Source: a virus (taxonomy: Duplodnaviria > Caudoviricetes). Taken from it: 64,000 bases of DNA. The stretch is from IMG/VR virus record IMGVR_UViG_3300037400_002156, positions 1 through 64,000 of that record; one strand, 5' to 3'. The notes below the pieces were generated by a model. The model was not told where the DNA came from. It ran no database searches and saw only the letters and a list, made by a program, of their open reading frames with translations. Positions within the stretch are counted from its first letter, which is position 1. Every line of letters begins with the position of its first letter. The position numbers were made by a program, and so were the translations under genes. This document shows, piece by piece, positions 18,993 to 29,680 of the stretch.

Positions 18993-19646
18993 CTATTTAA
19001 ATATGTCTATTACATATAAATTTGATAAAGAGTTGCCAAGTGCAAGACAAAGAGCAAAGTCACCCTTCTTTATAAATAAGCTATCTTCTTTGCAACTTTC
19101 ACTTTCTGTAGAATTGCCTGAATCATTTACACACCATGGAAGCTGCGCTGCTTTTTGCGATGTAAGCTCAATGTCAAGATTATCATCAGTGGTCATTTCA
19201 ATTTCTGCATCAGATGATTGCTCTATCTTAGCGTTACCTGATGCAGATGATATCGCAACTGGTACTGTGGCTGTTCCAGGACCAGATGGAGATGTAATAG
19301 TACCCTGGAGTGGTGGGCCGCCAGATATATTTATGTTGCTTAGCTGAGCGTTTGACATCGTAATTCTACCTGTCATTTTTGCGCTGCCTTTAAATTTAAT
19401 CTTTGGTGGTCTATTCCATGCAACATATGCAGCGCGTAACGTCCATGATGCTATTGCTTTCCTTTGTGTAGTACCTTCTTCACCGTGAGGCGGTCCATTC
19501 TTAGATCCATCTAAATCATCTATGTCGACCCACAATATGCCATCTGCTTCAAAATTATCATCTGGTGTTTCACATATTCTACCGATTACACAAGATAAAC
19601 TATTTCTTGGTATCTCGTATTGAGATAAAGCATTATCTTTAGACAT
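18993..19646 (-). CDS. Putative central spike protein (OB-fold, gpV / XkdR-like)
   Basis: Between hub and gp25; VIGRI start and IKKGDFALCL...LYVIDI end; likely start MSKDN 19646 with AAGGAG RBS (track start 19754). Confidence 0.5.
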   Translation of the reverse strand: MSKDNALSQYEIPRNSLSCVIGRICETPDDNFEADGILWVDIDDLDGSKNGPPHGEEGTTQRKAIASWTLRAAYVAWNRPPKIKFKGSAKMTGRITMSNAQLSNINISGGPPLQGTITSPSGPGTATVPVAISSASGNAKIEQSSDAEIEMTTDDNLDIELTSQKAAQLPWCVNDSGNSTESESCKEDSLFIKKGDFALCLALGNSLSNLYVIDIFK

Positions 19647-19647
19647 A

Positions 19648-22020
19648 CTATTTATTCTCCTTTGTCGATAGTGGCCAGATATGTTGTGCCATCTCCTGAG
19701 GATGTAAGCTATATTCATACTCAAGAATAGCACATGCTCGTTCACAATAAGCAAATGAATTTAATCTAGAGTCAATGCTACTATCTTCATTAAGATATTT
19801 AAACTGATCTGCTACATTCTTACCTCTTATGTCCTTAAGAAGTGACGCGCTGTAGTTATTTGCGCAGTATATTCGTATCATGTCCTGTATACATAATGCA
19901 TGATCAGCAGAAACGTTATCGCATTTAATATTCTTACGAGCTTCAATCCATAAATCATTCCAAATGGTTAACAATCTATTGTGAAAGTAGTACTTGTTAG
20001 TAACTGGATTTTTACCAGTGTAAGCTAAGTTAAAAGCCCAATCTAGCCATTGTTGATCTTGTTTTAAACCGTTATCGAAGTTTCTTATTATAACTACATC
20101 TGGAAATAGCGGCTTATATCTTTCAACTGTAACAGTTGTATATACAATATGATTATCTTTATTGTCTTTTACCAATGCTGCATCTTCTACATAAGAGTAA
20201 AAAACAAATTTTTGCCAAGAAATAGGCTCATTATTTGATATGGTGAGCAAATTATCAAAGTGCTGATGATTCTCATATTCTTTTTTGCTAAATCCTATTC
20301 TCTCATATACAGCGCGTAGTGGTCGACCGTCAAAATGAGCTAGCCAGAATCCACCGTTAGCATCACTACAGTCAGTAACTTTATAGTAATTCTTTGATGG
20401 ACCCCATTGAGTGCCGCCGCTAGTATTAAACACTGGGTCTTTATCTTTTATCTCTGGTGGAATATTGTTAATGCCAAGCTTAGCTCGAGCTACAATAAGT
20501 GCAAATAGACAATAGTAGCCTTTATAAATTAGTTCTTGAATGAATGAATAATCTACGGCATCGGCTAAATAGCATGTATCTATGAATCTATTTATAATTT
20601 CTGAGTCATCGGCCGGTACTCTATCCCAGCTTAATGGTATATATACTTTATCTTCCTTTGTTAAATACTCTTCTGATGCTTTTTTATCAGCAATTAGCTG
20701 TCTTACAGTGAGTCCGTTATAGACGGCTTTACTTAAAGTATCACCAGATGATATAGTTTCTGTAATAGCGTGGTTAAACTGCTCTGTTATAGTAACATTT
20801 GCAGATACAACGCCACCCTCAGATAAAGAATATGTACACTGTGTGGCAATGCCTCTACCACTTATAATAGATTTATCGCCACGTTCATTATAAATGTCGT
20901 AATATATTGGCTCAGTTCTATTATGTAAACTAAACGTTAAAACATTATAACATTCAAATGAAATACTTATTGCACTGTTACTACTATCTAAGGCTTTCTT
21001 TTCGTCTATCTTATCAGCTGGAACATCTGGAGTATAGTTTACAGTCTGGCTATTACCTTGAGTACTCTGTGCCTGATTTCCATTAGGATTATCTACCACT
21101 CTACTCTGCATGGCAACATTAGGAACATTTGTGTTATAACTAAATGATGTCATTGGGATAACTATCTTGCCGTCACTTTTTCTAGGCTGATAGTATTTAA
21201 ATAAGCTACCTCTTTGTGAATGATCAGTTCCATTCTGGACAAACACTAAATTGCTAACGGTCTTTCCATCTTCTGTTGTAACTATATTATTATTAGCATC
21301 AGTGTATACAATATGAAATTTTTTATCTTGATCATCAAAACGGCCAGATAGTAATTTACTGTCAGATGTAATGCAGTGCTGTAAAACATATTTATAATAA
21401 TCTAGTTGCTTATTACCACTAGTTGTGTTTAATGAGTTAAAGTGAAACCTATCTTCTATGAATCTAATTGTACCAGCAAGATCTTCGAGAGTTCTACCAC
21501 TCTGATCAACGATATCATATCGTACACCAAAATTAGCGTCATCACGAATAGACTTTAGCAACTCTATAGGATCTTCATATTCTTTACGCTCAAAGTTTCC
21601 AGCACCGGTTGTGTTTTGAAAAGACTTCCATTCAAGACTAATTTCTGGAGAGCTACCTACGAAGTTAAATTGCCACTGCATAATATAGCCGGTCCAAACT
21701 TTTTTACCTGTAAAACACTTAATTGTAATTTCAATTGTTGGTTGAAGTGTAGGATCAGATCCACCGCTTTGTGTAAATCTTTTAAGCTTGTCTATTAATC
21801 TTTCAAATGTATCATCTCTGTAATCAATTAAATGAACAGTACCTGACGACGCGTAATCATTAGGGTTATTTTCTGATACAGCTGCAGTAGTTATTTCCAG
21901 GCTCTTAAAATAGCAGCCACATCCTTTTTCAGGAATACCTCTAGTCTGTATATTTGTGATAACAAAGTTATCGTCAATTACAATCTTGCAATAATTGTAG
22001 TCTATATACTGATAATCCAT
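19648..22020 (-). CDS. Putative baseplate hub protein (gp27 / gpD-like) with extra C-terminal domain
   Basis: Synteny (after LysM-like gene, before spike and gp25); VWTGYI beta-barrel pattern. Confidence 0.5.
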   Translation of the reverse strand: MDYQYIDYNYCKIVIDDNFVITNIQTRGIPEKGCGCYFKSLEITTAAVSENNPNDYASSGTVHLIDYRDDTFERLIDKLKRFTQSGGSDPTLQPTIEITIKCFTGKKVWTGYIMQWQFNFVGSSPEISLEWKSFQNTTGAGNFERKEYEDPIELLKSIRDDANFGVRYDIVDQSGRTLEDLAGTIRFIEDRFHFNSLNTTSGNKQLDYYKYVLQHCITSDSKLLSGRFDDQDKKFHIVYTDANNNIVTTEDGKTVSNLVFVQNGTDHSQRGSLFKYYQPRKSDGKIVIPMTSFSYNTNVPNVAMQSRVVDNPNGNQAQSTQGNSQTVNYTPDVPADKIDEKKALDSSNSAISISFECYNVLTFSLHNRTEPIYYDIYNERGDKSIISGRGIATQCTYSLSEGGVVSANVTITEQFNHAITETISSGDTLSKAVYNGLTVRQLIADKKASEEYLTKEDKVYIPLSWDRVPADDSEIINRFIDTCYLADAVDYSFIQELIYKGYYCLFALIVARAKLGINNIPPEIKDKDPVFNTSGGTQWGPSKNYYKVTDCSDANGGFWLAHFDGRPLRAVYERIGFSKKEYENHQHFDNLLTISNNEPISWQKFVFYSYVEDAALVKDNKDNHIVYTTVTVERYKPLFPDVVIIRNFDNGLKQDQQWLDWAFNLAYTGKNPVTNKYYFHNRLLTIWNDLWIEARKNIKCDNVSADHALCIQDMIRIYCANNYSASLLKDIRGKNVADQFKYLNEDSSIDSRLNSFAYCERACAILEYEYSLHPQEMAQHIWPLSTKENK

Positions 22021-22028
22021 ATAACACT

Positions 22029-22286
22029 CTATAATCTAGGGATTCTTAAAACAGTACCAGCAACAGCAGTTTCTGGATTAATAATTGCATTAAATCGAGC
22101 AATTATCCACCAATTCACAGGAGTATTATATACACGATAAGACACTAGATCTAATCTGCCACTTTCACTTGCTGTTACTGTAACAGTATCATAGTCATAG
22201 CAATCTTTAAAGAGATTGTATTGTGGCATATCATTTTCATAGTCTGCATTATAATATCGTGAATTACTATCATATTTTACTATCAT
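22029..22286 (-). CDS. LysM-like baseplate protein (gp53 / tail X-like)
   Basis: RLDLVSYRVYNTPVNWWIIARFNAIINP...GTVLRIP; likely start 22286. Confidence 0.85.
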   Translation of the reverse strand: MIVKYDSNSRYYNADYENDMPQYNLFKDCYDYDTVTVTASESGRLDLVSYRVYNTPVNWWIIARFNAIINPETAVAGTVLRIPRL

Positions 22287-22303
22287 ATGTAATATCTCCA
22301 ACA

Positions 22304-23935
22304 CTACGCTGAAGCTTGACTAACACGTTCATTCTGCCCATGTTCGTCTACACTAATTAGTCTATCTTCACCGTTATTATCTTTTGGTGGCACTATACAC
22401 ATGTTGTCATTTTTTGTATTCGGCTTATCGTTCTCAGAAGCCACACATATTTCGCCACTACCATTTGCTGGTGTAAAATTAGATTCTGCAGAATCTTTTT
22501 TGACTTTATCTTTTTCTGTATTCTTTACTTCTTCCTCTTGTTTACCCAATTTATTTTTTGGTTCCTCTATTTCTTTACCAGCTGCAGAAATTGTTGCCGA
22601 CATGCCTTTTGATGATGTTGTTACAGGCCAAAGAAGTATATCTTTAACTATTATCATAGAAAAGTTAACTTCTATTTGAGAATAGAAATAATTATATACT
22701 TTTCTTTCTTGTAGTGAATCATTACTTCCGCCAGTTAATACTCCACCGTTTGTAGTATAGTCACCAGACATGTCACCGCTATATTGTATAGTAGCGCTTG
22801 TTATATATCCTATCTGTGAAATACCTGGCAAAATAACTTTACATAGTTTTGGGTGAATAGAATCACCAGTGCTCCATGGTCTAGTGAAATCTTCAGCGAT
22901 TTGTGCGATGTCTTGCATTGTATAAGACTCGTGGCTATTTTTAGCAAGTGTACGTATCTCATCAATATGCCATTTTAATGTAAAGCTTAGTTCCATTGCA
23001 TTATGTGATTGATAGAACTGAAATGGCTGTTGAGATCCGCGCGGAGATACCGGCTCATATGATGCAGTTGACGAATAAGACACACTGTCTGGTTGTTGAT
23101 AGCATAACAATTGTTGCATACTACCATGTATAGTATTACTACTATTGCCTATATAGCCAGGTAAATCATATATAACAGCCTGTATATTATTATATACACT
23201 TCTTTCACTATCTATTGCTTCTTTTTCTGCACTTGACCATATCTGTCTTGGATATATACTACCTTTTAGATTAATATAGTGCCATGGCTTACCATTCTGC
23301 GTTTGCTCACCAGTAGACGCAATCTTACTAACAACATTAGACTTTATAATATCTTTTACTGTGCCAGAGTCATTGTTAATATAGCTAGATGTTGTATTTC
23401 TTATAGTAGTAGCTAATGAAGATGATTTATTTAAATCATTCATTATAGAATCGTCATTAAAGTACTGATCTTTCTTTAAAGCATCATATAATGGCTTAAA
23501 TTCTGTAGTAATTGGAGTTGGAATTGTATCTACTAATTTAACAAAAAATGTATTCTTTTCATTGTTAAATAACACCGTATCTGGTGTCTGAGGTCTAGTA
23601 ATAATCCATCCGTATTGTGGTAAAACTGATACAGAAGTGTCTTTTATAAATCCATTTGATGTTTCTTTATAAGCATCTCTGCCATTAAAATAAACATACT
23701 GTTTATTCGCATTAGACGATTTATCTAAAGACACTGCGTCTGCTTCTGGTAAAGACGACGCTGTATTATATAAATTTTTATCAAGCTCAGTACTAGATGA
23801 ATTATCATTTTTAATAGAAGTCCCTGACTTGGCTTTTGATTTGTTTGATTCATTTAGTTTACTTTTAACCAGTCTATCAAACTCAGATACTGTCGCATTA
23901 TTTGATTTATATGATAATGGATCTGGTAAACTCAT
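22304..23935 (-). CDS. Tail tube initiator / baseplate cap (CIS tube / gpU-like domain)
   Basis: QPDSVSYSSTASYEPVSPRGSQQPFQFYQ...LSFTL motif; directly after tape measure. Confidence 0.65.
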   Translation of the reverse strand: MSLPDPLSYKSNNATVSEFDRLVKSKLNESNKSKAKSGTSIKNDNSSSTELDKNLYNTASSLPEADAVSLDKSSNANKQYVYFNGRDAYKETSNGFIKDTSVSVLPQYGWIITRPQTPDTVLFNNEKNTFFVKLVDTIPTPITTEFKPLYDALKKDQYFNDDSIMNDLNKSSSLATTIRNTTSSYINNDSGTVKDIIKSNVVSKIASTGEQTQNGKPWHYINLKGSIYPRQIWSSAEKEAIDSERSVYNNIQAVIYDLPGYIGNSSNTIHGSMQQLLCYQQPDSVSYSSTASYEPVSPRGSQQPFQFYQSHNAMELSFTLKWHIDEIRTLAKNSHESYTMQDIAQIAEDFTRPWSTGDSIHPKLCKVILPGISQIGYITSATIQYSGDMSGDYTTNGGVLTGGSNDSLQERKVYNYFYSQIEVNFSMIIVKDILLWPVTTSSKGMSATISAAGKEIEEPKNKLGKQEEEVKNTEKDKVKKDSAESNFTPANGSGEICVASENDKPNTKNDNMCIVPPKDNNGEDRLISVDEHGQNERVSQASA

Positions 23936-23952
23936 ATTAGATTCTCCATTAA

Positions 23953-23976
23953 CTCCACTACGAATTCGTAGTGGAG
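23953..23976. terminator. 24-bp perfect palindrome after tape measure, adjacent to RBS of next gene
   Basis: ctccactacgaa|ttcgtagtggag. Confidence 0.6.
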
Positions 23977-23984
23977 AATTTTAT

Positions 23985-26900
23985 TTAACGACCATAAACT
24001 TGATTATGAGGTCTTGTTGCTGCAACCATAGGTGGTTTTGATGACATACCTCTTAAGTATCTTGCTATCTCTGTTAGTATAGCAATAATATCTTCGCTAT
24101 TGCCAGACTCGCTAACTAGCTCTCTAGCTTGAGCAATGTATTGCTTCATAGCGTAACTATTTGATACGCCAGCTTCTTTTAAAATTGACTGCATGTCTTC
24201 ATCTGATAAAATTCCGTTTTTATTTAATTGAGATTTAGCTTTTTCAATAAGGCTATCATCACTTGGGCCGAATGCAACAGGTGGATTAACTGGCGGGTTC
24301 CATTCTCCAGTAGCTTTTTCAAATAAGCCAGGAAATTCACCGATTACATAACTGCCGCTGTCAAATGGAGTAACTGTTACGCCTCTACATGGAGTCTGCC
24401 AGTTTGGTAAGAAGCCTTCTTTTGTATAATCTGATGATCCACCAGCTGCGTGCAGCTTCTGATGTCCATAATATACAAGACCTATATGCCCTGGCTGAAA
24501 TCCGCCGTCTTTATTCTTTCTACTATCCTGGAAGAATACCATACCAGGTACTGCTGTTTGTGGAGTTAAGTCATCTCGTATTCTAAAATTGGCGTAACCT
24601 TCACCGTTCATTTTACCTTTTTGAATGTTAGCAAATGTAGCCTTTACTCCATTAACCCTGAACTTACCCATCTTAAAGCCAGAGGCTCCTATTGCGGCAT
24701 TAACTAATTCATTACATACATAACCAATCTTTCCAAGGCTTCTAAGAATGTACGGTTTACCTAATTCAGCAACACCATACTCAAGAGCACGTTCTGCATA
24801 TGTACCACGAATTAAATCACGTCCTTCTTGATTTGCTGCATTAGCAACAGCTTCATCATACCATTTCTTTCTTTGTTTAAATCCATCTTTAACATTGCCT
24901 TTCCATCCGTGAAGCATTCTCTCATAAACCATGTCTGCGTTTGGACCTGCGAACTCAAGTATTCTGCGAATAGTTTCAGGGTCATCTCCTGGAACTCCAT
25001 CATACACTTGTTTTGGTGTAGGAACCGCGCCTAAACTCATTGAAGCTTCTGTTGCACTAGATGAGCCTATTCCTAAAACAGACAGCAAGGCGTTAGCTAA
25101 AAGATCCCATGTAAGTCTTCCTTTTCTATTGTTAAATAGTGCTTTTAGTAAGTTACGTTTATCAGTTAGCGATAACTTTGTTAGAATATTTCTCATCTCA
25201 TTAGGCTTTTCTAATGGGACAATTGCTTCTTTACCATCTTCTCCAACAATAGCTGGAGTTGCTTTATTTACAATACCACCATCTGCAAATTTAAGAACAC
25301 TTCTTAAGCCATCTTCTATCTCATCAACGCGATGATATATTGACATTAAGTTAGTTCGCATCGCTTCAATGTTGACAGCAATACTTCCAACATTGCTATA
25401 TACTTTCTGAGGATCAGATAGTAGTTGCATTGTAAGGTTTCTCATGTCTTCAGTTGAATCGGCTTTTTCTGCTAAGTAACTCATCTCTTGTTCAGAGAGA
25501 TTTAGTCTATTCATTTCAACCAAGCCATCTAGCTTGTTTTCAAATTGAGCTTGGTCTTTTGAATATGCTACTAACTGAATAGCGAGACTTTCTGATATAC
25601 CTCTATCTATAGCAGACTGTTGTCTAGCGCGTAGTTCAGCCTGATACTTTTCTCTTTTCTCTCGTATTTTCTCAGCTCGCTGTTCAGGAGTATCTTGTAC
25701 TATTACTTCTGACACTGATCCAGCACCTAAGCCAATGCCTAAGCCACCAACAACCGCGCCAATTGCTCCGCCAACAACTGTACCTATTGGGCCGATTAAA
25801 GAACCAATAGCAGCTCCAGTGGCAGCGCCAGCAATCCCGCCAGCTATACCACCAGCTGCTGATGTTGCTGCAATTACTGCATTATCTGAAGCTTCTTCTT
25901 GTCGTAAAGCGGCATTGTCAATTTCAGCCTCAATAGCGTTGGCTTCCATTGTAAGACGTGCTAACTCTTTATTATCATTATTTAGCTTTGCTTTTTCTAT
26001 TTCAGCTTTCTTTTTGAATAGTTCTTTAGAAAGATCAGTCCCTAAAGCTTCCTGCTGATTTGCGACTGACATCTGCTGCGCAGTATCATATATTCCAATT
26101 CCAGCTTCTACAGCTAAGCCTAATGGTCCAAGTGCTTTACCAGCAATTTTTAAACCCGCTTTTGCGGCAACCATCGATCCTTTTGCAGCAGCTTGCTCTG
26201 CTGCTGTTTTAAGTCCCTGTTGTAAAACTTCAGTAGTGGCACTAGTAGCTGACTTATTAACTGCATTCGCTGCAGCTCTTGCAGCAACTTGCTCTAGTGG
26301 ATTCTTTGCAACAGCTTGTAAAACATTGTTTGATAATCTTAAACTGTCTGGTATCTCTTTAAGTGCCTCTTCTGTTTTAACAGTATTATTTATAGTGCTT
26401 ACTAGATGATCTCTAATATCAGAAACAATACTAAGCATATTGCTGTAATAATCACCACTTAAATTAGAAGTACTAACTGGGCTCTGAATCTGACTAGTGT
26501 TATCATCATTATCACCAGATAATGATGATATTAAAGAATAGCCACCATACGCTAATACACCAAGTGCTCCAAGTTTACCAGCACTCTTTGCGAATCTGCC
26601 TAGCTTACCAACCGCTTTAGTTCCAGCTCCAGCAGCTTCACTAGTGGCTTTAGTTCCAGCTCCGGCTAATTCACCCGCAGCCTTACCAGCTTTTTTCAAA
26701 CCAAGCCAGCCAGCTAAACCGCCTAAGCCAGTTACTATTCCAGAAATAATTTTACCACCAGTTATAGCAGCAAGAATGCCGCCTAGTATAGTGGTAACTA
26801 ACTTAAATCCGTCTTTTGTAACTTCAGTTATATCTGTAGAGTCTCCAAACCACTCGTCAATGGTGTTTGATAGACTACCTATCATACCGCCAGTAAAAAC

Positions 26901-28187
26901 ATCTAGCTGTGAAACAAAATTATCTATTCCCTGATAAATCTTACCTTTTTCGGTGTTTTGTTCATTACCCTGTCTATCTTGCTCACTAGTTCTTATACCG
27001 CCGCGAATGACTCTACCATTATTCTCTGGATTTTTAGCTTGATTAAGAGCATTCATGATACTATTTAATATTTGATCATCGCCAACGCCGCCCTTAGATA
27101 ATATCTGTAACTGATGTATAAGATCTTTCTCTCTATCTGTGCCAGCGACACTTTCTATGCGCTTAACGAAACTTTCCATCATTTCTTCAGCGGACATACT
27201 AGTGTCAAATTGTCCACCTAATATTGTTTCAAGTATTTTTGGATCTACGTCTGTAAAGTTAGCACCTTTAAGATTTAAGAATGTTTTTGCAAGCTTAACT
27301 TGTGATTCTTGCGAAAGCCAGCCGCTACCGATTTTTGCTATTGAGTTAGTAACTTCTAATATCTTTTTCTCAGCTTCATCTTGACCACCAAGCTTAGAAA
27401 TAAACGTCTTGTCAATTAAAGATAACTCTTTTGATACAGTACTATATGTCTTAGCTACGTCACCGTTTGCCTCTATAATAGTCTTTAAAGTACTTTCTTG
27501 TAAAGTTGAAGCTTTTTGATAAGCTTCTTCTACGTCTAATCCCTGTGAAAATAAAGCAGTAAAAGCAGCCTGCTGTTTATCGTTTAATTTCTCTATAGCA
27601 AAATAAAATCCTTTTTGAGTTGCTTCAGTGTAAGCTCTGGCGGCAGTATCTCTAGAAACATTTTTACCATATATATCACTAGCGCCTCGCATTGATTTAC
27701 TAACAGCCATCTGTATAGCATCTTTCTGCTCTTTTGTAAGATTTTGCTTTCTCATTGACTTAGAAAGATCTGAGAAAGAACGCAGTGAGTCATCAAACCC
27801 TTTTGAAATAATGCTGCCAAGCTTTTCCATCGCCCCTTTAAATGTCGTAAGAAGAGTCTTTGACAACTTAAACTGATTTTTCATATTAAAGTTTAGAGCG
27901 TTATCAGCAGCCTTCTGTCTACGAAGTGCTGCCTCTGATTTTACACTTTCATCTTTTATATCATTTCTACGTTCGCTTTTTCTAGTTCTTTCTCTTCTTT
28001 CTTCTCTATCAGCTTCATCATCAAATGAGCTAGATAAATCATCTAGAGTCCGACGTGTTTGATTTATAGCTTCTATTATGCCATTTAACGCCTTATCATT
28101 AATTCCTTCAACATTAACTTTTGTTACATTATCTTTTGCTTCACTATTAAAGAAGCCATTAAATTTAGCATCACTAAAATCAGCCAT
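23985..28187 (-). CDS. Tape measure protein with C-terminal NlpC/P60 peptidoglycan hydrolase
   Basis: 1400 aa helical Ala/Gly-rich; glycine zipper; FADGGIV...GEDGKEAIVPL; GKPY...YVCNELV...GHIGL...LHA Cys-His-His set. Confidence 0.85.
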   Translation of the reverse strand: MADFSDAKFNGFFNSEAKDNVTKVNVEGINDKALNGIIEAINQTRRTLDDLSSSFDDEADREERRERTRKSERRNDIKDESVKSEAALRRQKAADNALNFNMKNQFKLSKTLLTTFKGAMEKLGSIISKGFDDSLRSFSDLSKSMRKQNLTKEQKDAIQMAVSKSMRGASDIYGKNVSRDTAARAYTEATQKGFYFAIEKLNDKQQAAFTALFSQGLDVEEAYQKASTLQESTLKTIIEANGDVAKTYSTVSKELSLIDKTFISKLGGQDEAEKKILEVTNSIAKIGSGWLSQESQVKLAKTFLNLKGANFTDVDPKILETILGGQFDTSMSAEEMMESFVKRIESVAGTDREKDLIHQLQILSKGGVGDDQILNSIMNALNQAKNPENNGRVIRGGIRTSEQDRQGNEQNTEKGKIYQGIDNFVSQLDVFTGGMIGSLSNTIDEWFGDSTDITEVTKDGFKLVTTILGGILAAITGGKIISGIVTGLGGLAGWLGLKKAGKAAGELAGAGTKATSEAAGAGTKAVGKLGRFAKSAGKLGALGVLAYGGYSLISSLSGDNDDNTSQIQSPVSTSNLSGDYYSNMLSIVSDIRDHLVSTINNTVKTEEALKEIPDSLRLSNNVLQAVAKNPLEQVAARAAANAVNKSATSATTEVLQQGLKTAAEQAAAKGSMVAAKAGLKIAGKALGPLGLAVEAGIGIYDTAQQMSVANQQEALGTDLSKELFKKKAEIEKAKLNNDNKELARLTMEANAIEAEIDNAALRQEEASDNAVIAATSAAGGIAGGIAGAATGAAIGSLIGPIGTVVGGAIGAVVGGLGIGLGAGSVSEVIVQDTPEQRAEKIREKREKYQAELRARQQSAIDRGISESLAIQLVAYSKDQAQFENKLDGLVEMNRLNLSEQEMSYLAEKADSTEDMRNLTMQLLSDPQKVYSNVGSIAVNIEAMRTNLMSIYHRVDEIEDGLRSVLKFADGGIVNKATPAIVGEDGKEAIVPLEKPNEMRNILTKLSLTDKRNLLKALFNNRKGRLTWDLLANALLSVLGIGSSSATEASMSLGAVPTPKQVYDGVPGDDPETIRRILEFAGPNADMVYERMLHGWKGNVKDGFKQRKKWYDEAVANAANQEGRDLIRGTYAERALEYGVAELGKPYILRSLGKIGYVCNELVNAAIGASGFKMGKFRVNGVKATFANIQKGKMNGEGYANFRIRDDLTPQTAVPGMVFFQDSRKNKDGGFQPGHIGLVYYGHQKLHAAGGSSDYTKEGFLPNWQTPCRGVTVTPFDSGSYVIGEFPGLFEKATGEWNPPVNPPVAFGPSDDSLIEKAKSQLNKNGILSDEDMQSILKEAGVSNSYAMKQYIAQARELVSESGNSEDIIAILTEIARYLRGMSSKPPMVAATRPHNQVYGR

Positions 28188-28207
28188 ATTTATCTCCGAA
28201 TAAAATA

Positions 28208-28255
28208 AAGCCTAATTTATATATCATACTTAAATTTGATATATAAATTAGGCTT
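28208..28255. terminator. 19-bp perfect inverted repeat containing the ATATCAA motif
   Basis: aagcctaatttatatatca-N10-tgatatataaattaggctt. Confidence 0.65.
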
Positions 28256-28277
28256 AACTAATTAGAAGATTACTTAC

Positions 28278-29261
28278 TTAAACTATGTTGAAATACTTTC
28301 CAATAAAACATCTAAAATCATCTAATGATTTTTCTTTATGAGTCACGTAATATCTCAGACAACCAAGTATTCTCTTCATTGGCAAGAATGCATATTCACT
28401 CTTTAAAGAAATGTTAAGTTTATAATCTGAGTCATTATCAATTGAATCTAGCGTAATTACTCCTGGATGATGCATTGTGATAATATCATATCTGAAATCT
28501 TTTATTGATTCAACATCAATAGCGCTATTTGGAGTATATTCTATATTGCTAAGAATGTAATAATTAGAAATTTCCTCAAACCATTTACTTAAATTAGATT
28601 CATAATAAGGATATGAAACATCGTCTGCTTTTGCTATAAACTCTGCAACACCTAAATCTGTAAATACAATAAAGTGATTATATTTATCATCGTCACGAAC
28701 AGTTAGAGCTATATCTTCAGATATATTCTTTTCTAATTCAGGTGTATGCACACTCTCGTTAGATGTAGTAAATGATCTGCTATGCTTGTAATTACTATCA
28801 ATGCATTTTACGTATAATACATAATGTCTACTTTTGTAATAATCTACATCACAAACGTAATTATCTCTTAATTTAAGAGAAGCAAGATCATTTGCTGGTC
28901 TATCTGTTCTAACTGTATTATAAACAATATTTCCAGAATCATCAAATGTAATATAGTGTAAAACTTTATTGTCTATATCATTTTTATTAATCCATGGAAG
29001 CATTTCATATGTATCTTCGTTTAGTACAGTAATCTGCTCAACATGTGACGGCTCTTCTTTAATAATTTCTTTTTTAGGGATAGTTGTAACTGTAAAGTCT
29101 GTTACTGGCTTCATTAAAGATGGCGCAATATTCTTATTAACGTCATTTTCATCAGTATTAGCTGATACTTTCTTTGTAGACGGAGTTGATTTAACTGTCT
29201 TTAATTTCTGAAGAATATTTGCAATGTTAGCATCTGTTTTAAGATTCTCAATATCATCCAT
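28278..29261 (-). CDS. Hypothetical protein
   Basis: 327 aa, GGAG RBS. Confidence 0.75.
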   Translation of the reverse strand: MDDIENLKTDANIANILQKLKTVKSTPSTKKVSANTDENDVNKNIAPSLMKPVTDFTVTTIPKKEIIKEEPSHVEQITVLNEDTYEMLPWINKNDIDNKVLHYITFDDSGNIVYNTVRTDRPANDLASLKLRDNYVCDVDYYKSRHYVLYVKCIDSNYKHSRSFTTSNESVHTPELEKNISEDIALTVRDDDKYNHFIVFTDLGVAEFIAKADDVSYPYYESNLSKWFEEISNYYILSNIEYTPNSAIDVESIKDFRYDIITMHHPGVITLDSIDNDSDYKLNISLKSEYAFLPMKRILGCLRYYVTHKEKSLDDFRCFIGKYFNIV

Positions 29262-29279
29262 ATTTATAGCTCCAATGAG

Positions 29280-29579
29280 TTATATAATGTAAAAAAAGTA
29301 AATAAGTCTTTTATAAAAGTTGTCAATTAACTCTTCTTTTTTAAATATATCTTTCTTTACAATTTTTTCATTCTTAAGAAGATAAAGCACGTATCTGTTT
29401 ACTTTGTCTTCACAGTAAAACTGCCAAACATAAGGTGATTTATAAAAGCTAGTATAAGCACTCTTATAAAGACCTTTTGTGAATATTATCTTTGTCTTCT
29501 TTCCATATCGAGTTCGTATCATTGTCTGAAGACATAACATAATATCTTTAATATTTTTTATACAATCTCTGTTATTCAT
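29280..29579 (-). CDS. Hypothetical basic protein
   Basis: 99 aa, AGAGG RBS, ATATCAA upstream. Confidence 0.65.
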   Translation of the reverse strand: MNNRDCIKNIKDIMLCLQTMIRTRYGKKTKIIFTKGLYKSAYTSFYKSPYVWQFYCEDKVNRYVLYLLKNEKIVKKDIFKKEELIDNFYKRLIYFFYII

Positions 29580-29645
29580 ATTTAACCTCTATATAGTATA
29601 AAGCGTGTACTTATGATTTGATATATAGAGAATAGAAACAATCTT

Positions 29646-29675
29646 ACCGCTATAGATGTTAACATCTATAGCGGT
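29646..29675. terminator. 30-bp perfect palindrome / terminator
   Basis: accgctatagatgtt|aacatctatagcggt. Confidence 0.7.
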
Positions 29676-29680
29676 TTTAT

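Noticed and set aside
24389-27384. Several short ORFs inside the tape measure gene, plus similar antisense or alternative-frame ORFs across the window
   Set aside because: Shadows of long genes caused by codon bias; no RBS or motifs
28278-29579. Tail assembly chaperone with G/GT-type frameshift
   Set aside because: No slippery site or overlapping extension frame found; separated from the tape measure by a strong hairpin
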